Origin: Octopus sinensis
Taxonomy: Eukaryota
Direction of reading: 5' to 3'
Length of the DNA stretch: 64,000 nucleotides
NCBI RefSeq assembly: GCF_006345805.1
Contig: NC_043003.1
Coordinates: 28,520,001 to 28,584,000 of the forward strand
Shown here piece by piece: positions 38,468 through 52,612 of this stretch. Each line of letters opens with the position of its first letter. Within the stretch, counting starts at the first letter, position 1. The position numbers were made by a program, and so were the translations under genes. The notes beneath the pieces were generated by a model. That model was not told where the DNA came from. It did no database searches and saw only the letters and a program-made list of their open reading frames with translations.

Positions 38468-39117
38468 TTTGATTGAATTTTTTAATATTTAACTCTCAGT
38501 TGTTTATAATATTTTACTGTAAAACCATCGCAATCCAATATTTCAAGCGATGTCTTTGATGGCCATAAGAATGATAAGAATGATAGGACCCACGCAATAT
38601 GGACATCAAAGAATCTTGACAATTTCGTTTGACTGTGTTTTGTATGGTTCACCAGCAATAGCAACAGCAGCAGCAGCAGCAGCCGAGAAGTGAAGACGTA
38701 ATTAGCGGTCTACATGACGAATAACAACATAGCTTTACACGTCAATAATTTATAACCGCTCGGTTGTTTCCGTAGATCTCTTCTCTAGAAACATACTCGC
38801 ACATACAAATTTCTTTATTGCAGAGTGAAACTCTGCTTCGTGGCCAGTTCCGATCTCGCTAGCATATCATTACAAGCATTTAAGATGCGAGTATATTTTA
38901 TCGTTAAACTTGTTTCTGTCATTGGACGGCGGCCATGCTGGAGCTCAGCCATGGAAGGTTTTAGTCGAATATCGACACATGTACTTATATTTTAAAGTCT
39001 GGTGCTTATTTTATTGGGCTATTTTGCGGAACCGCTAAGTTGGACACAAACAAGTAAACACAGAGACGCGCGCGCGCGTGCGCACATACACACCATACAC
39101 ACACGCTCGTGTATATA

Positions 39118-39187
<70 letters not shown>

Positions 39188-39497
39188 GCATACATACGAC
39201 GGGCTTTCATACAGTCTCGGTCAACCAAATTCATTCACAATGTATTGGTCAGTCCGAGGTTATAATAGAAGATAATTGCACAAAGTCTCGCGCAGTGGGA
39301 CTGAATTTATTAACGCCAGGCATAATGTATCTCAAAGTATTTTGTTCAATGTGTCATTAGCTTATGTAACTTTGTTATATTGTTATATGTGGGAAAGTTG
39401 GCAGTGATGTCAAACGGAACAGCATACTGTGATACATTTTTATATTTTTATTCAACAGGGAATATAAACATACAAGCATCACGTGATAGCACACCGC

Positions 39498-39539
<42 letters not shown>

Positions 39540-40043
39540 TCCGGTTTAGTTCGTAGCTTGCAAAAGGAAGCGTCGCTAAATGAAATATTGAAAAAATATA
39601 TCGTTATATACTGATCGTACCAAAAAAAACAGCGACCATTCAAAGTGTAAACGCTTGTATCTGACGACCACAGGTTTATCAAAGTAATCTGAAACTTCAA
39701 TATATGTTATTCGGAGTTGTCTTTCGTCAGTGGAGTTCCAGATTATCTTTGCAATTTCGGCAGGTTATACTCGAGATTGCTCCAATCTGGCCAGCCCCAA
39801 GGAGAAAACTAAGCTAAGAGCATTAGATTCCTTGGAAGAAAGCAGCGAATGTATACGAATACAAACAAGGTAAAAAAACGGAGAAATGGTACACAAATAC
39901 AAATGCAGATAACAGGACATAACAACAAGCGTCTTTCGACTAAAGACGAATTAAACTAAGCTAGCGTGCAGTGACATAAGAGATATCAGGCATGGGGAGG
40001 AATATGGATGTTGCACAGATTGTAGTCGATATATATATATATA

Positions 40044-41680
40044 TCTTATTATAAAAGGCAGATTTTATCTGCCTCCCTTTGTCTCTTATAGAAATCTACA
40101 ATATAGGATTTCTTCAATTACAATTTACCTAGCATTTTTAAGAGTAGAATAAATCGGGTCGTGCCAGGTCCGGTTTTTAAAATTTCAACCCCAATTAAGC
40201 AAAATTTAGAGAAAACTCACATTGTGGTGAGTAAGTCAAGTGCTTTTCTTAGTGTGGGCTACAGCACACGAACACACACACAAAAACGGAGCGATCTACT
40301 TCACTCACGCTATCACGCTAATTTCTACTCCTTTCTCTTTGCAAGTGTGCAACGATTAAAGTGAAACTATTTCTATAAAACGAGAGAAGTGTACCTTAAA
40401 CCACTACTCAAAAAACAAACAGCAAACAGAAACAAATAAATACATAACGATTTACTCCTCACACAATTTCTTCAATTACAGTTTACCTATGATTTTTACA
40501 AGTACTTCCATTCGGTCATGCCATACAAAATTTCTTTCAATTTCACCCCCAATTAAGACAAAATTCGAGAAAACTCAATATTTTAACGTTTCAATCCGAA
40601 AGCATTGATGTACATGTGTGCGTGCGTGAGTGTGTGTGTGTGTGTGTGTTTGATGGGATGTGCGACACAGAAAGTGTGGTGTGTAAGTGAAGTGCTTTTG
40701 TTAGTGTGTGTAAAGAGACAGAGAGAGTAATGTTGTGCTGTGTACCTAAAGCACGCACACACACACACACAAGCGGAGCGCGAACTTCAAAAGAACTTCG
40801 CGCGCTATCTATCTGGTTTGCCATTCCTCACACACACGCATACACATACATATATGACAGTGACAAACACAAACGTTTCAAACAACTACATACAAACACT
40901 CAAACACACACACACGTGTGTGTTTGTTATTAGTAAAAAAGGCGCCAAACACAACTCACTTCTCATTCGAACACATTTGCAAAAACACACCGACGGTCGG
41001 ATTGCCATAACAATACAGAAAAGGTAAATTGGTTTTTAATTTACTTTCTGTCGTTAAATTTTGGTAGTATTAATTGGCGAGCGTACCTCTGTTGTCAATC
41101 GTTGACAGAAAGAAATTGTAAGCTAAGAAGGTGTGTGTGTGCGCGTGTGTGTGTGTGCGTGCACGTGTGTGTGTGTGTGTCTGTGTGTGTGTGTAAGTGT
41201 GTGTGTGTGTGTGTGTAGGAAGTGAAGGATAAAAATATTGCAAGAAGTGGACAGATGTACATATATACATCCATACATACATGTGTGTGTGTCTATGTAT
41301 GTGTATTAATGTGTGTGTGTTATCTCTATATAAAGCTGAAGTTGTTTGTGTGCGCCACGTTTGGTAACCTTCAACTAACACTATCTCCTCCGAGACCCTG
41401 CTGCGCAAGTTGACCAAAATTGAGAGTATGATAGAAGAAGGGTTGCTCTTCCTTCCGTAGAACATAAAATTCAAATCGGACCATGTTAACACCAAAAATT
41501 ATTTACATCAAAAAGCTGCTTTTTTCTATGAAAATCCCTATTTTTTACGATTTTTTCACTACTGTGTCGCCACTTTTCGGTATATTTCGACCAGAAAAAT
41601 GTTCACAAAATTTTTACTTTTCAAAATTACAATTCCAGCGGGTCGAAACAAACCCGAGCAACGCCGGGCGATACTGCTAG
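40044..41680 (+). mobile_element. non-autonomous Helitron
   Basis: 5' TC, 3' hairpin CCCG-AGCAACGC-CGGG then CTAG, inserted between A and T with no TSD. Confidence 0.88.
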
Positions 41681-41864
41681 TATATATATAATCTGCTAAT
41701 ACGTTACCTGTACCACGTCCTCGCGTTGTTTTTTGTGTTTGTAATTCGTTTTTTGGGGAGGGATTTACTATAAATATATACATATATATATGTATGTATA
41801 TATGTGTGTATGCATATATATGCTTGTATGTGTGTGTATGTATATATGTGTGTGCACGTATGAC

Positions 41865-41914
<50 letters not shown>

Positions 41915-42095
41915 TAATTATGTATATTTATATTCATTTATATATACACACACTCACACAGAAGTAGACGCATACACTTACACATACATACACATATACA
42001 CATGCAAAACAAGAGATGAACTGTATATGAAGTCGTCGTCTATGAACATCAAACGTCCACTCATAAATTTAAAACCTTGCGTAACTCCTTTCGAA

Positions 42096-42166
42096 AGAGA
42101 ACATTTCACTGGGAGCGTGCTGGGCCCATAACCCAGAGGTCCGAAGATCGAAACTACGATCTGCTG
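42096..42166 (+). pseudogene. tRNA-iMet pseudogene, 5' end decayed
   Basis: TGGGAGCGTGCTGGGCCCATAACCCAGAGGTCCGAAGATCGAAACTACGATCTGCTG is present; acceptor 5' strand and A box are lost. Confidence 0.85.
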
Positions 42167-42811
42167 TTTGTAATTTTTTTATTATCATTAACGTGAACAA
42201 ATGGTTAGGGTTATATGGCTGAATGTCATAATGTTGTGGGTTGAATACCTGGGTAGGGCAAGGTGTTATGTCCTTCAACTTTAAAAGGTGGGCATCATCA
42301 GTTGATGTTTCTTTAGGGAAAACGGAGATCATCAAAATTTACATGAATCTGGTCATTATCAAAGAAAAGGAATATTTAATGGCACATTTCGATAATGAGA
42401 TAATAAATTTTATTGTACGTGAGGCCAACAATTATAGCTTTTGTACTTGAAAGTAAATGTAAAAATTAGCTTGAAGGAAAAGAGATATATTTTTGTCTTT
42501 TGCTTGTTTTGACGTACACGTTCATGCAATCCTTTCCTGCCGTTTAAGGGTTAGTTAAGCAATGCTCTTAAATCTCATGTTGTTCTAGTTAATCAGTAGA
42601 AAACGAATAACAGCTGAGTGTTGGCGCAACCCTATCTCCTTTTAGCTATCACATTTCGGCGTGCTGCTGGATTAAAAGATGTTAGAGCCAAGACGGTGTC
42701 TATGTCTGCTTAAGATTACGTAGGCACATAAAACAATTAGCGAAAGTATGGTACACGTTACCAAGCAATTCGCGCTTGCGGATGATGATTATCTTTTTTA
42801 AAGTCCAACAC

Positions 42812-42899
<88 letters not shown>

Positions 42900-42906
42900 T
42901 TATCTA

Positions 42907-42968
<62 letters not shown>

Positions 42969-43038
42969 CGTCCGTCCGTCCGTCCGTCCGTCCGTCCATC
43001 CATCTATCTATCTATCTATCTATCTATCTCTCTATCTC

Positions 43039-43106
<68 letters not shown>
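42812..43106. repeat. compound (TATC)n-(TGTC)n-(CGTC)n-(TATC)n microsatellite
   Basis: Direct reading. Confidence 0.99.
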
Positions 43107-43107
<1 letters not shown>

Positions 43108-43614
43108 TATAGATATTATTAATTTAATTAAAGAATTATTAATTTAATAATTAATAAATTTTACTAAGTAGTTCGGTATGGAAAAAAAAAGCCATTATCG
43201 GTAAAAACTTATACAAAAATTTTTCTTTTGATAATTATAAACATAATTAAGGGATTAGCAAAAGTTGCTTCACAACATACCTAAAATTTAGAAATAGCAG
43301 TCAAACTATTAATTCTTCTACTACGATATATCTCCAATGTATCTATCTATCTATTTATTTATCTAGCTAGCTAGCTAGCTATCTGTGCATATGTGTGTGT
43401 GTGAATTAAAAATTAGATATAGAATACAAGAGAGAGTGGTGATCATGGTTTGTATTAACACGACAATAGCTAGTGCATGTTCCTGTATTATTAAATTTCA
43501 TTGCAAAGTATAGTGTATTCGCTACTGTATTCGCTATAGTGTATATCTTTGATAATCAGACCAGGCATAAAATATTTTAATGTTTTAGCTCTATCCCGTG
43601 TTCATTCATATATA

Positions 43615-44012
43615 TCTTTATATATAAAAGTGAAGTTGTGTGTCTGTCTCCTACGATTTAGATTCCTAACTACTCCCACATTTTGCGGTGCAGTTTAACC
43701 AAAACCGGGTATCTTATAGTCGTGATTCATATCGAGCCCTTCTGGGTATTAGCGCGCGTCTACGATGAGTCTACGATTTAAAAAAAAAATTACCATCATT
43801 TTTTTCCATTTTAATGCATTTTTTCGCTATTATATAAGGGAAGTAACTCTCTAAAAATGCCTACGATGAGTCAACGATTTAAAAAAAAATTTACCATCAT
43901 TTTTTCCCCATTTTTAATGCATTTTTTTGCTATTTTCTGGCTATAACTCTCTAAAAATGCTTATATAGTTATTTCCCTTACAAACCCGAGCAACGCCGGG
44001 CGATACTGCTAG
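43615..44012 (+). mobile_element. short non-autonomous Helitron
   Basis: 5' TCTTTATATATAAAAGTGAAGTTG; same 3' end CCCGAGCAACGCCGGGCGATACTGCTAG; A|T site; internal duplication of about 100 bp. Confidence 0.85.
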
Positions 44013-44307
44013 TCGTATCTAAGGATCTAACATTTTCATTTTGCCAGGGAAGGTTTGGTAAAGTTGAATGGTTTCATGTTGTCACAATTCTGCTAAATTC
44101 AGACACACTCCTTCACTGCATTATATATATTTAATTATTTCTTTTAAAAAATATATGTTCAGAACACGCTTATGATGGTGTAATTAGAAGCAATTAACAA
44201 TTCTTGGATTACTATAAGCAAGCACGACTGGTAACTTAATGCAAAATGTACGACAGCGCTCACTTATTACTCCTTTATGTCTCTAACCTGGGGTATATTA
44301 GTCGTGA

Positions 44308-44379
44308 AACAGAGTGGCGCAGTGGAAGCGTGCTGGGCCCATAACCCAGAGGTCCGTAGATCGAAACTACGCTCTGCTA
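44308..44379 (+). tRNA. tRNA-iMet-CAT: initiator tRNA-Met (CAT), G2>A acceptor-stem mismatch
   Basis: Starts AACAGAG rather than AGCAGAG (A2-C71 mismatch); otherwise consensus. Confidence 0.85.
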
Positions 44380-44709
44380 AGCTAACAGGGTGCTTGCTAC
44401 TTTTTACTACTTAAATTCGAATAAACTAAAAATAGTATCTTATTTTTTACATCCAGTAATGGATTAATTTTCTTCGTTTGTCTCTTTCATCGCAGTTAAT
44501 GGATAATTATTTTATAAGGTAAATTGAATGCAACGACGAGTCAGTTTTACGGTATTTCCCTACCTAGTAAAATGTAACATTTTATTTTTGATTTTTTTTT
44601 ATATAAGCTTCTTTATCTATTTTTAGTCAAATGTTGGGCTATTGTAGCAGCCAATAAAAATGATTGTTGGTTCGTTCGTTCGTTCGCTTTTCCAGTGAAG
44701 CTTTTTATT

Positions 44710-45107
44710 CTTTTCTACTATAGGCACAAGGCCCGAAATTTTGGGTGTGTGGGCCAGTCGATTAGATCGACCAAAGTATGCAACTGGTACTTAATTTATC
44801 GACCACTAAAGGATGAAAGGTAAAGTCGACCTCGGCGGAATTTGAACTCAGAACGTAGCGGCAGACGAAATACCGATTTCTTTACTACCAACAAGGGGCT
44901 AAACACAGAGTGGACAAACAAGGACAGACAGACGGATTAAGTCGATTATATCGACCCCAGTGCGTAACTGGTACTTAATTTATCGACCCCGAAAGGATGA
45001 AAGGCAAAGTCGACTTCGGCGGAATTTGAACTCAGAAGGTAACGGCTGACGAAATACTGCTAAGCATTTCGCCCGGCATGCTAACGATTCTCCCAGCTCG
45101 CCGCCTT
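44710..45107 (-). mobile_element. dimeric SINE family A
   Basis: Full unit joined to a headless second unit at GACGAAATACC|GATTTC. Confidence 0.85.
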
Positions 45108-45691
45108 AGTGAAGCTTTATATTGTATAGTGAGGGGAGGAGAGAGAATAAAAAGGAGTTAACAGAGAGAGAGAGAAAGAAAAATAAAGTCAGAAGTGAAG
45201 GAGAATAGGAAGTAGTTAGAGTAGTTGTGGGATGAGTTATACTAATGAGTTATACAGTTATAAGCCTGATATTATATAATAGCAAAATTATGCTTTCAAA
45301 GTTGTCTGTCATATGATGGGTAGCACTCTGGTATATAAAATATTACATATAAACACACACACACCACACACACGCACTCACACACACACATGCACTTATC
45401 CACACATGCACACACTAACACACAGCCACACAGGCACAAATACACACACATTTATATATGTCCTGGATGTAACTTTAAACTGCATCCGTTAGTAGGACCA
45501 TGGTACTACGGAAGTTCGGGAATTTTGAGAAGTGTGGAACCTCCTATTAGCTACTCTCGTTCCTAGGTCTACTCTGACCCGGAGTTGTACCACCTGTTAG
45601 AGTCCCAACTATGGGGTAACTAGCCTGTGAACCACTGGATGTGAAGGAACACTAGTTCTCCTAAGAACTTACTTCTAGGTGAAGATAAACT

Positions 45692-45835
45692 CCATTATTT
45701 ACAATTGACGGATATTTGTCCTCATCTTGTTTGTTGTTAACACAACATTTCGGCTGATATACCCTCCATCAGGTGTCGTGGGGAAATTTCGAACCTGGGT
45801 TCTCATTCCTTAGGTATTTTTTGATGTTGTTGTTG

Positions 45836-45871
<36 letters not shown>

Positions 45872-46076
45872 TATGTTTGACTTTTGCTTTATGTCTGTAC
45901 AAGTTGGCTCCAAGTCTCACTCTGGGACCTCAAGAGACAACAGGTTGGAAGTTCACGTTGTTGTTATGCCTAGTGTGCCATATATTTGTTTTTTTTTGTG
46001 CTGTACTAGTGAATGTCTAATACATAAATTAAAAAACAAAAAAAAATTTGTTTTAAACCTTGGGATTACATAGAGA

Positions 46077-46144
<68 letters not shown>

Positions 46145-46236
46145 TCATGGGCATATGGCGTAGGGGTTAAGAGCGCAGCCTACTAACCCCAAGATTCCGA
46201 GTTCGATTCCAGGCAGTGACCTGAATAATAATAATA
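45692..46236. mobile_element. rearranged copy of the tRNA-head/hammerhead element with a nested insert
   Basis: Tail on the minus strand (45692-45870), foreign insert 45871-46078 within (ATT)n, and head with A box TGGCGTAGGGG and B box GAGTTCGATTCC on the plus strand (46149-46223). Confidence 0.65.
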
Positions 46237-46976
46237 AGAGATCCTTTCAAAATAAATAACGTAGTATTTCGTATGCTAACACAACAACCGCCATTGAACT
46301 CGAACCCACATCCCCACATATGAAATCCACATATCAAAAACAAAGTTGTAAGTTATTTTTATATGCACGTATTTGTTCATTTAACTATTTAGCATCTAAA
46401 TTTTCAGATGACTTTGTCAGAGGCCCGTTTAGCCTAATGGCAAACCACTCAGACAAGTCTTGAGGGATGTGGGTTGGAGTCACATGGCTGTTTCTGGACA
46501 AATTTTTCCACTTTGTAAGAATAATTTACCCAGCATTTCTGCCGTTCTAATGGCAGTTCTGTATATTGTATCGTACTACCATTATCTACAACATTACTAT
46601 TATCTACAGTTCCATCTTAATCACTTAGATATTATTTAGCTCAGTTGAGATAGGATCTGCTTATTAGAACCGAAATGGAGTGTTATTCAATTCAGTGAGG
46701 CAGACGACACGTATAGAAATGCTTAATATATCTTTAATGGCGGTTCTGTTCAGTGGCACAGACGAGAGACAATTATAAGAAAAGAATACAGCAAATAACT
46801 GAAGATTACAGATATTTCTAACTTTTTTTTCTGTGATAATAACAATAATATTTTTATTTGCTACAGGGATATCAGATAAAGTGACATAATAATATGAGAA
46901 TAACTGATACAGCCATATAAATACTTTGTATACAAACTCAGAGAAACTCACACAAACGCATATACACACACACATT

Positions 46977-47022
<46 letters not shown>

Positions 47023-47379
47023 AAGAGAGAGAGGGAGAGAGAGCTATATTCATAGTTATGCATATCTATACATCTATGAAGCTAAATGCCTGCGCGCATG
47101 TATGTGCATGAGTATATATACACACATATATACAAAACATTATATATACACATACACATATACATGCATGTATAATACATATACATATATGATGTATGTA
47201 TATATATGTGTGTGTGTGTGTCTGTGTGGTAAGTAGCTTGCTTACCAACCACATGGTTCCGGGTTCAGTCCCACTGCGTGGCACTTTGGGCAAGTGTCTT
47301 CTACTATAGCCTCGGGCCGACCAAAGCCTTGTGAGTGGATTTGGGAGACGGAAACTGAAAGAAGCCTGTCGTGTATATG

Positions 47380-47436
<57 letters not shown>

Positions 47437-47437
<1 letters not shown>

Positions 47438-47707
47438 AATATAAGGGATATTAGCCAACCGAATATGGCTAGGGACAGGGCAGGGTGGTGGGGGTGTCAC
47501 TGTTGCATTTAGCCCCAGGCGAACATCAACGTCACCAGATAGGCCTATGGCGTCAGGCCTATCTGGTGACGTTGATGTTCGCCTGGGGCTAAATGCAACA
47601 GTGACACCCCCACCACCCTGCCCTGTCCCTAGCCATATTCGGTTGGCTAATATCCCTTATATTACGGAGCAGTCACTGTCTATATCTCATTTAGAGAATT
47701 ATTATTG

Positions 47708-47708
<1 letters not shown>
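47437..47708. repeat. fold-back element, same family: 110-bp perfect arms, 8-nt loop
   Basis: 47437-47546 vs 47555-47664; homologous leader at 47665-47708 (minus); flanked by (TA)n inside a SINE. Confidence 0.95.
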
Positions 47709-47769
<61 letters not shown>

Positions 47770-48803
47770 GTGTATGTTTGTGTGTGTGTGTGTGTGTTTG
47801 TGTGTCTGTGTTTGTCCCCCCAAAATCGCTTGACAACCGATGCTGCTGTGTTTACGTGCCCGTAACTTAGCGGTTCGGCAAAAGAGACCGATAGAATAAC
47901 TACTAGGCTTACAAAAAATAAGTCCTGGGGTCGATTTGCTCGACTAAAGGCGGTGCTCTTGCATGACCACAGTCAAATGACTGAAACAAGTAAAAGAGTA
48001 AAGAGTAAAAAGAGTATATATATACATACATATACATTCCTGAATGGTGCATTGTTAGACTGCACTATCCAATGTGTACTTTATTCCAACACTAAAGTAA
48101 AACTGGAGTGAAATTAAGTTGCTACTTCTAGCAAAGCTAAGTGATGAGGTAGGTGTTCCCGCTTTGGTTCGATATATCCCTGTGTGTTCAGTTTCGCTGT
48201 TAAACAAAGGTCCACGAAGGTCTTTCGGCTGATTGAGACGAGGATCATCACTTGAGTACTGTATTATGCTTAAGCTTTTTATCATCAAGATTTAACAAGT
48301 AGCAGTAGTATAGTATTTGATTTCAATCTAAACCATTAGAAACTAAAATCTAAGAATCCCTGAATTAAAGTAGATGAAATTCTATCGATCAGAGAAAGAG
48401 AGGGCGAATCCATAAAAGAAAATGGCACGATAAATGGTACTAAAGTACACAAACCATTGACGGAAGTCCTTAATTTAGAACAGTTACAAATCGATAAAAT
48501 GAAAGAACCACAAATATTCATATAGAATTGCAAAACCGAGAAAAGAAATTCTCGTTATTTGAAATCTATAGAAATCAATAAAGCAGAAGAACTAGAAATT
48601 TTGATGAAGAATAAAGCCCAAAGAAAGAATTCTTTATTAAAAGACAACTAGAAATCAATAAACAGGAACCACAAATGCTGAGTAAGGAAAATAGCGAAAA
48701 CGAATTTGAATAAATGAATGAATAAATAAATAAATAAATAAATAATAAATAGTAGTAGTAGTAGTAGTATAGTAGTAGTAGTAGTAGTAGTAGTAGCAGC
48801 AGC

Positions 48804-48846
<43 letters not shown>

Positions 48847-50289
48847 ATGATGGTAATAATAATAATAATACCTATTAATTTCGTAAAAGTTCTTCCAACC
48901 TGTCTGGCTCTAAACTCTCAGGAGTTTTCGTATCAGAGACTGAAATGTTTATAAATATTGCAGACTTACAGTATATTTGTCTTACTAATACGGAAATCAC
49001 AGTTATTTTAGCACAACTAGGGTTGGGCCGAAAGTGTCAAATTCTCAACGAAACTAATACAGAACCAGCAACAAGATAGCATAAAAAAAAAATTTTATTA
49101 TAAAAAGTTCATTAATATATTTTGCATCCATTGAACAACTTGCTAAAATTGTAACATTAACTGGCTATATTTAAGGTCGCATCAATATGCAGTATCTGTG
49201 TTGTTGCTTAGCCACCGATCAGCTCTGAGTTGACCTCGGATCAAAGACATTCTAACCGTGACCATCCAGATGGATGGGTGGGTGGATGGATGGATGGATG
49301 GATAGACTGCTATTTCTAAAAATTGGAGAGACCACTTATAGGCTCTTTCGTTGTCTCCTAGTACATCTATAGACCAATTTGTTTCAATATGGCATATCCA
49401 TTGATCAAGTTTAATAAAATGACATTCTTTGGCGACGGTGCTTAGTGTTTTTGATTTCGATGAATACTGTAGATTAAATATAAGAAATTACTACCACATT
49501 TGATATGAAAAGTTCAGCAAAATTGTATTAAAGTTAAAAAAAAAAGACTAGAAAAAAGAAGCAAGCAAGCTATTTCTTGCCTTATTTCATTAATTATACT
49601 TCTGTATATGAAGATTATGCATAACCCATTTTTCAAAACACTCAAGTACCGATAACGATTTTCTAAAACCTCAAATTAATTCGAGATGTTACAAAGGATC
49701 AAAAGCGAGTAGCAGCGTCAAATTGTTCTTTGCCTTACTGAGATAAATTCAACTTCATTTCAATAACTCTGCCCTTGTGAACAAATAATCACTGCTATAT
49801 GGTTGTCTAAAACCACCAGTATTTTAAACATTTCTTTGCGAAAAACTTGTCTTAGAATTACGTTGTGATTTAGCTAATTAAGAAAATCTAATTTTCGTTA
49901 AATGACTGGTGCATTTCTAAAAACGAGAAATACTTTAAACTATATCAAAATAGCATACATTCCAAAATATGATTTTCAAATATAAGATTTGCTGTAAAAT
50001 AAAGCTTCATATCGAGTTTTCAAGACAATACACACATAAAACATTAAGTTAGAGTACTGAAGCGGGGATAATTGTAATGTTTGCAAATCATGATCAGGAA
50101 AACAAAAAGCGAGATTGATATTTTGAAAATTATCTCCGTTAGAGCATGAACGTTTCTGTAATTTCATATTGCCCCCAAAACCCAATGAAATTTGTTTTAA
50201 AGAAAGAATAGAATTACCGTCTAACATATTCGGTTATAAAATTTCTCTATTTAACACTCGAATGGAGTGTTAGAATATAACGAATAAAT

Positions 50290-51070
50290 GAGAATTATGA
50301 TTTTATCACAGACGCAAGTGTCTTGTTTCCGTACAAGGCTTTACAGCAAGCGAAGATACTGAAATTTGAGCAAGAATTCTTTCTAAATGGAACAAACAAA
50401 CCAAGATCTAACCTTACAGTCGGTGGCAGAAGAATGCCAAAGGATAGTAAACCTGAAACACGCTGTAGAAAAATTTCAAGAGAAGGATTCCTCAAAAATA
50501 CCGATATGCCGACCAGAAAAGTACAATCAGAAACGAGCACCACGTTCTAATCCATTTTATGGATGTGGGGGCATACATTTCAGAAAAGACTGTTCATTTG
50601 AATATCAAAAATGTTACAGTTGCAAAAGAATTGGTCACAAGAGTTCACACTGCAGAACAAAATTACGAACGTCAAACGTTAAAAATCAGAAACCAAAATC
50701 TATTCCCAACTAAAAAAATTCGTACACATAAGAATAGATTCAATTGGATACTGGAAGTGATATTTCAATAATAAACACACATGGAAGAAAATAGGAAAAC
50801 CTATGTTGAGAAAGACAGCGAAATCTGCTCGAAGCGTAACTGGCGATAAATTGCATTTCATAGGCGAAATGTGGACTAATGTCACATTTCGAGGGAAAAC
50901 ATACAAGGCGAAAATCTTCGTCGTTAAAAATCTGTTTGGTACCGATTGGTTAGAATTATTCGATTTATCGGACCTCCTCATAAATCTCTATTGTAAAACC
51001 GTAAATGGTTGACCCTCTAAATATAATTCGTCTGAAAAATTAAAGAGAAATGTTTTTTTAATGTTTCCGC
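50290..51070 (+). mobile_element. Ty3/Gypsy gag-protease relic
   Basis: Zinc knuckles (F)YGCGGIHFRKDC and CYSCKRIGHKSSHC, then QLDTGSD aspartic-protease motif at 50741 and NLFGTDW; frameshifted. Confidence 0.8.
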
Positions 51071-51424
51071 AAGTACTCTCGAACCTGGGACCATGTGGTT
51101 GCTGAGAGAACACCTTAATCGTTGGGCCATACTGTTTCTAATTGGGAGCCCCACCTGCCAAAACACCTCTTTCCTAGTTCAGAACCACCATGGATCTAGT
51201 GGAAGATACTCAAAGACCTAAGAACGATCAAATGTTGCTTTGGTTAGATGGGGCTACCAGACTGGCACAATGAGGAGCACACTATACTATGAGGCACTGC
51301 TTTGTCTATCACTGCAGCTCAAACGAGCTTGCTGGATTCAATAAAAACACAGATAATTACGTAAATAAATGGCATATAACCCTTAGAGGCGAATCAAAAT
51401 CAAGACTTTATCAAATGAGCTAAT

Positions 51425-51770
51425 GGCTGCTACATACGGGTGCTAGAATGGCCCTAAATGTGGACTGGCAACGTCATATAACAAACGAATATCTATATGG
51501 AGATCTGTCGGAAGTTAGCAAGAAGATCAAGCAAAGACGGCTGCGACTATCTGGTCACTTCATGCGCCACCCTGAGCTACAAGCTTTCAAATTAGTCTTG
51601 TGGAACCTACTTCATGGTGATATAAGAAAGAAAAATGTCGTCACATTTACATCGACAATTTGATCACAGACACTGGCTTGGAATGTATCTAGGACCTCGA
51701 GGCAGTGATGCTGGACCGAGACGTGTGGCCGGTGAACTTTGTTACTGCGGCCCTGGTTGGAAACTCGGCC
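51425..51770 (+). mobile_element. RTE-like LINE 3' fragment
   Basis: LRMALNVDWQRHITNEYLYG...IKQRRLRLSGHFMRH resembles the C-terminus of RTE-clade ORFs. Confidence 0.7.
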
Positions 51771-52462
51771 ATAAAAAATAAAATGGGGTCATATAAATTT
51801 ATTACGGAAACAATAAAACGGAGTAAGTAGGTACCAACTTAAATGTAATATACTAAACATTAATAATATACACATGCATATACACGAAGAATTAATAAAT
51901 GACAAAAGAACAGGATTTACGAAAGAAAAATAAGGCCATACTGCATCTATTGCGATAATTCATCCCATTTGGTAAATTTCACTCAAGTTGAGAAAATTAA
52001 AGTGTTTGTTTACATGTTTGCTTTACACTTATTGATGTACCTCGCTAACATATGGCGTGTGTATTTCATGAGCTGTTGCTTAGTTGGCGTCTGAAACTCT
52101 CGGCGTAAAACTGGGCTGTTGAATATCTCCTGCGCTCTCAGCTTTAAGTTTTCAACTGTCAGATATATAAAATGGTAATTTCATTTGGTCGAAAAGACAC
52201 GGCTTGTCTCTCACAAATGCCTTTATTTGTTTACATTATCGCTTTAACTACATGACTGTGATGTGTCGTCATACAAAGCGTGTTATATAACTGTTGTTTA
52301 TCGGTGTGTAATGCTTAGATACACAACGTGTATGTGTGTTTAGTTGTTATTTCATGAAGTATTTGTTCGGTGGACTCGTGACGTAATAATAATATTTGGA
52401 TGAACGTTCCATTTTGCTGCGTTTTAACGACATACATATATACATACATAAATACTATACGT

Positions 52463-52544
<82 letters not shown>

Positions 52545-52581
52545 TTATACATATGCATACATATATATATGTATATATATA

Positions 52582-52612
<31 letters not shown>

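Noticed and set aside
46149-46223. tRNA-like sequence as a true tRNA gene (likewise SINE A/B/C heads)
   Set aside because: A and B boxes are present but there is no complete cloverleaf, and the sequence is attached to repeat bodies.
48050-48700. Possible decayed Penelope endonuclease fragment
   Set aside because: Only a faint resemblance near 48540-48590; too degraded to call.
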